A stretch of 64,000 nucleotides of DNA from Antedon mediterranea. Its lineage: Eukaryota; Animalia; Echinodermata. Shown here one piece after another: positions 61,031 to 64,000 of this stretch. The DNA lies in assembly GCF_964355755.1 (NCBI RefSeq), contig NC_092678.1, positions 19,175,365 to 19,239,364 on the forward strand. Direction: 5' to 3'. Both the position numbers and the translations under genes were made by a program. Within the stretch, counting starts at the first letter, position 1. Every line of letters starts with the position of its first letter. Under the pieces are notes generated by a model. The model saw only the letters and a list, made by a program, of their open reading frames with translations. It did no database searches and was not told the DNA's origin.

Positions 61031-63535
61031 GAATGAATTCACTTGTGGTTATCCTTGGTATTTTGTCAAGATTTACAAATAAGAATTTTAAAAAATGTCC
61101 CCATAATGATGAATACAAACATGTCATTATTGAACTGGTGCTAGTCTGTTGTGTCACAATAGCTCATGAATCATGGTAATAAAAATTAAAACACGACATG
61201 AACAAGAAGCATGGTTGTCTAAAGACAAAATTCACATTGGTAATGATACTATTAACAATATTTATTATGTGTAATTCAATCAACGGTAGGACAAAGTACC
61301 TATTATTCAACCGTAACTAGATTCACTAAACCAGGGTATTCCAGACGCCACAGTATACGTTGTGATGAAAGTACGGCTTGCAAACAAATAAACATTGTAG
61401 GCGTAACTTGCACCTACAGGATAGCGTAGTAATAAACTTAAAATAGACGAACCAAAAAAAAACCACTGTTCCTTTTTGTTTGATATAAGAAAAGATAGTT
61501 TGTAAAGAACGTAAACACATTCTTCAAACTAACCTAGATATTACTACGTCACCTATAAACACCCACTTAAAATATTGTACCGTACTTAATAATAAAATGA
61601 TGCGCATAAATACATGTGGGTCAACGCACTTAGAAAGAGTTGTTTCGTTTTCGTTATTTTTGAAAAGATCGCCTCAAAGTGGAAACATAAACAATTGTAA
61701 ACAAAAAAATGTAGGCGAAAAGCAATAGTTTCAATACATTTATATTTAAAATAAATTCACTACTGCTTTTCATAAAATAAAATAAAATATCTTTTCTAGG
61801 TCACAGACAAAAGGAAATTTATATAATACCAAAACATGGTACAATAATTAACAACATTCTACTAGGAGCAATATTCAAGATCATTCGTAGTAAACAAATA
61901 CAAAATAAAATAAAAAGTAACCAAGAAATGAAAAAATATTGTTTTGAATTGTTAGTTATTTTATTTATGATTTATAATGTGTATTGATTTGGAGGAGAGA
62001 GGGGGAGGAGGGGGCCGAGAGTGAAAGTTTTATTTGGAGGAAAAAATGTAATATAGTAATTTTAGTTAAGTTGCTCTTATAAATGTATGTATTGTTCAAT
62101 GTTTAAGGAATTAATTTTATTCTTGTTTATTTCTTCCCATGATGCATTATATATTTTATTACAATGGTTTATTTTGGATATGAAATAGAAGAAAGATCGG
62201 ATCAAACGTTTGATAAACTCTTAAAATATTATGACTATTAAGTTTAATTGAGTTTATCAAACTTGGAATTTTCACAAAGTACCGGCAGACGTGAAGAATA
62301 AACCTTAATTCAAAATAATGTTTAAGAATTGAAAAAATATTAAGAACAATGCCCTTATTCTTCAAAATGAATTCAATTTAGTAACATGGTATTTCCAGAT
62401 GACAGAATTTACAGGTACGTCATGACGTCATTACGTGTCATGTGCTAAAAATAAACTCCTAAATACTTTCTATTGAATCGTGTTTCCTTTTTTTTTTGTT
62501 ATGAAAAAAATAAATCGTCATCCAAAAAATAGGTTAGTTTCTATCAATATTTTCTGTGCAACTATTTTATAATAGTTCCGACACTGACAATAGTATTTTG
62601 GTATTTGTCATAGAGTACTTTTAAAAGTTCACCAATATTGAACAGTTTTATTGAATATTTTAACTTAAGGAATGGTCGTGGGGGCGATTCTTTTATATTT
62701 TATTCTTTTATTATTTTATATTATTGCATAACAATTACTGTCTAAAATAACAGTATTTCTTTTCTTAAAAAAGAGCAAAGCAACTATTATTTGGATCATG
62801 AAAATTATATACAATAACAAGTAGCAACGATCCATATACGAATCTGAAAATACCCTTTCACGTTTTTAATTTAAGAAGAAATTGTAATCTGAATCGTGCA
62901 ATTAGATCTATTCCCTCTAATTATTAGGTAGTTAAAGTGATCGGTCTAATTGAGAAACGGACAATTGGATATTTTATTACTATTAACTTCACTAATAGCT
63001 AAACTACCTTGGTTAAATCGCCAGTTTCAGCAGAAGGATTAAAACAGTTTATGCTCGCGTACCAAAATGCTGAGCCGGCTACTGTACGTACAACCCTTCT
63101 CAGACCCTCCGGGCTGCCGCGGTGTGTTGTACCGGGGAAGATTCTCTCTTTTCTGGTTGTTCACGATTAATTTAATAGTAAACAAAACATCTCATTAGTA
63201 GATGAGCTACGAAACGTTTGGAAAAAGCATGATATGGGATATATTAAATGAAACACCCTGAGTTAAAGTTACGAATTATTAACCTAATAATTATGTTTTA
63301 TTGACTCTTTCTTGACTTTTATTACACTATTTAGTATGTCTACTCTATAAATTATTTCTTTCTACGTATTCAGACACTGCAGCCACTGCGAAATGATATA
63401 TTTAGAATGAGTGTACGTGTTTGCAATTAAAATGAGTAAATTTAGCATAACTCACAACACATAGTATAATGTCGTTATAAATTATCGTCTGACAGGTACG
63501 CGATGAATTTGACGGTTATGATGCTAAAGCGCAGT

Positions 63536-64000
63536 GATATATTCAAAAGCATTAATACAACTTAGTTAATGAGATAGCATTATTAATGTGTCTGCATACT
63601 TGAATTTAATCAGCAGGGGAACTTAAAGGTACTGCTGCACGTTTGTATAGCCTATGATAAATACATTAGTGTATAATTGTCGTTTGATTGGGTAATATCG
63701 TATCACGTTACGTGTGTTATTTTGTTATATTGCACGGTAAATTTGATATATTCAAAAGCATCAATGCGACTTAGTTAATGAGATAGCATTATTAATGTGT
63801 CTGCATACTTGAATTTAATAAGCAGGGGAACTTAAAGGTACTGCTGCACGTTCGTATAGCCTATGATAAATACATTAGTGTATCATTGTCGTTTGATTGG
63901 GTAATATCGTATCACGTTAGGTGTGTTATTTTGTTATATTGCACGGTAAATTTGATATATTCAAAAGCATCAATGCGACTTAGTTAATGAGATAGCATTA
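63536..64000. repeat. 209-bp tandem repeat, at least 2.2 copies, running off the window
   Basis: Unit starts gatatattcaaaagca at 63536, 63745 and 63954. Confidence 0.93.

Overview
AT-rich, intron-containing animal genomic DNA, not prokaryotic. The gene content and SINE types suggest a marine invertebrate, probably a deuterostome such as an echinoderm (inference). Contents in order: (1) The last two coding exons of a G-protein alpha-i subunit gene (+, 3055-3208 and 5159-5349), with a probable ~3.4 kb 3' UTR. (2) A ~6.6 kb satellite (9221-15790) of ~195 bp monomers. Each monomer is built from alternating inverted halves, and the array contains 1359 bp and ~1559 bp higher-order repeats. It fills the gap between two convergent genes. 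(3) A complete 49-exon minus-strand gene (ATG 49437, probable stop 16098) that I spliced by hand to ~2637 aa: signal peptide-LDLa x2-CUB-LDLa x2-CCP x2-EGF x2-NIDO-AMOP-VWD(GDPH)-Ig/cadherin-like-~20 EGF-SEA-EGF x2-SEA(GSVV)-EGF-TM-tail. This is a MUC4/SUSD2/mesh-like mosaic membrane protein; the model needs one GC-AG intron, and one intron holds a 1.9 kb GAA-rich repeat. (4) A 2.06 kb Mutator-like non-autonomous element with a 9-bp TSD just upstream of that gene. (5) A minus-strand multi-Kazal gene (four Kazal domains plus a very basic linker exon; 5' end not resolved). (6) Several tRNA-derived SINEs, MITEs and minisatellites, and a 209-bp tandem repeat running off the right end. All calls are by eye; no database searches were run.
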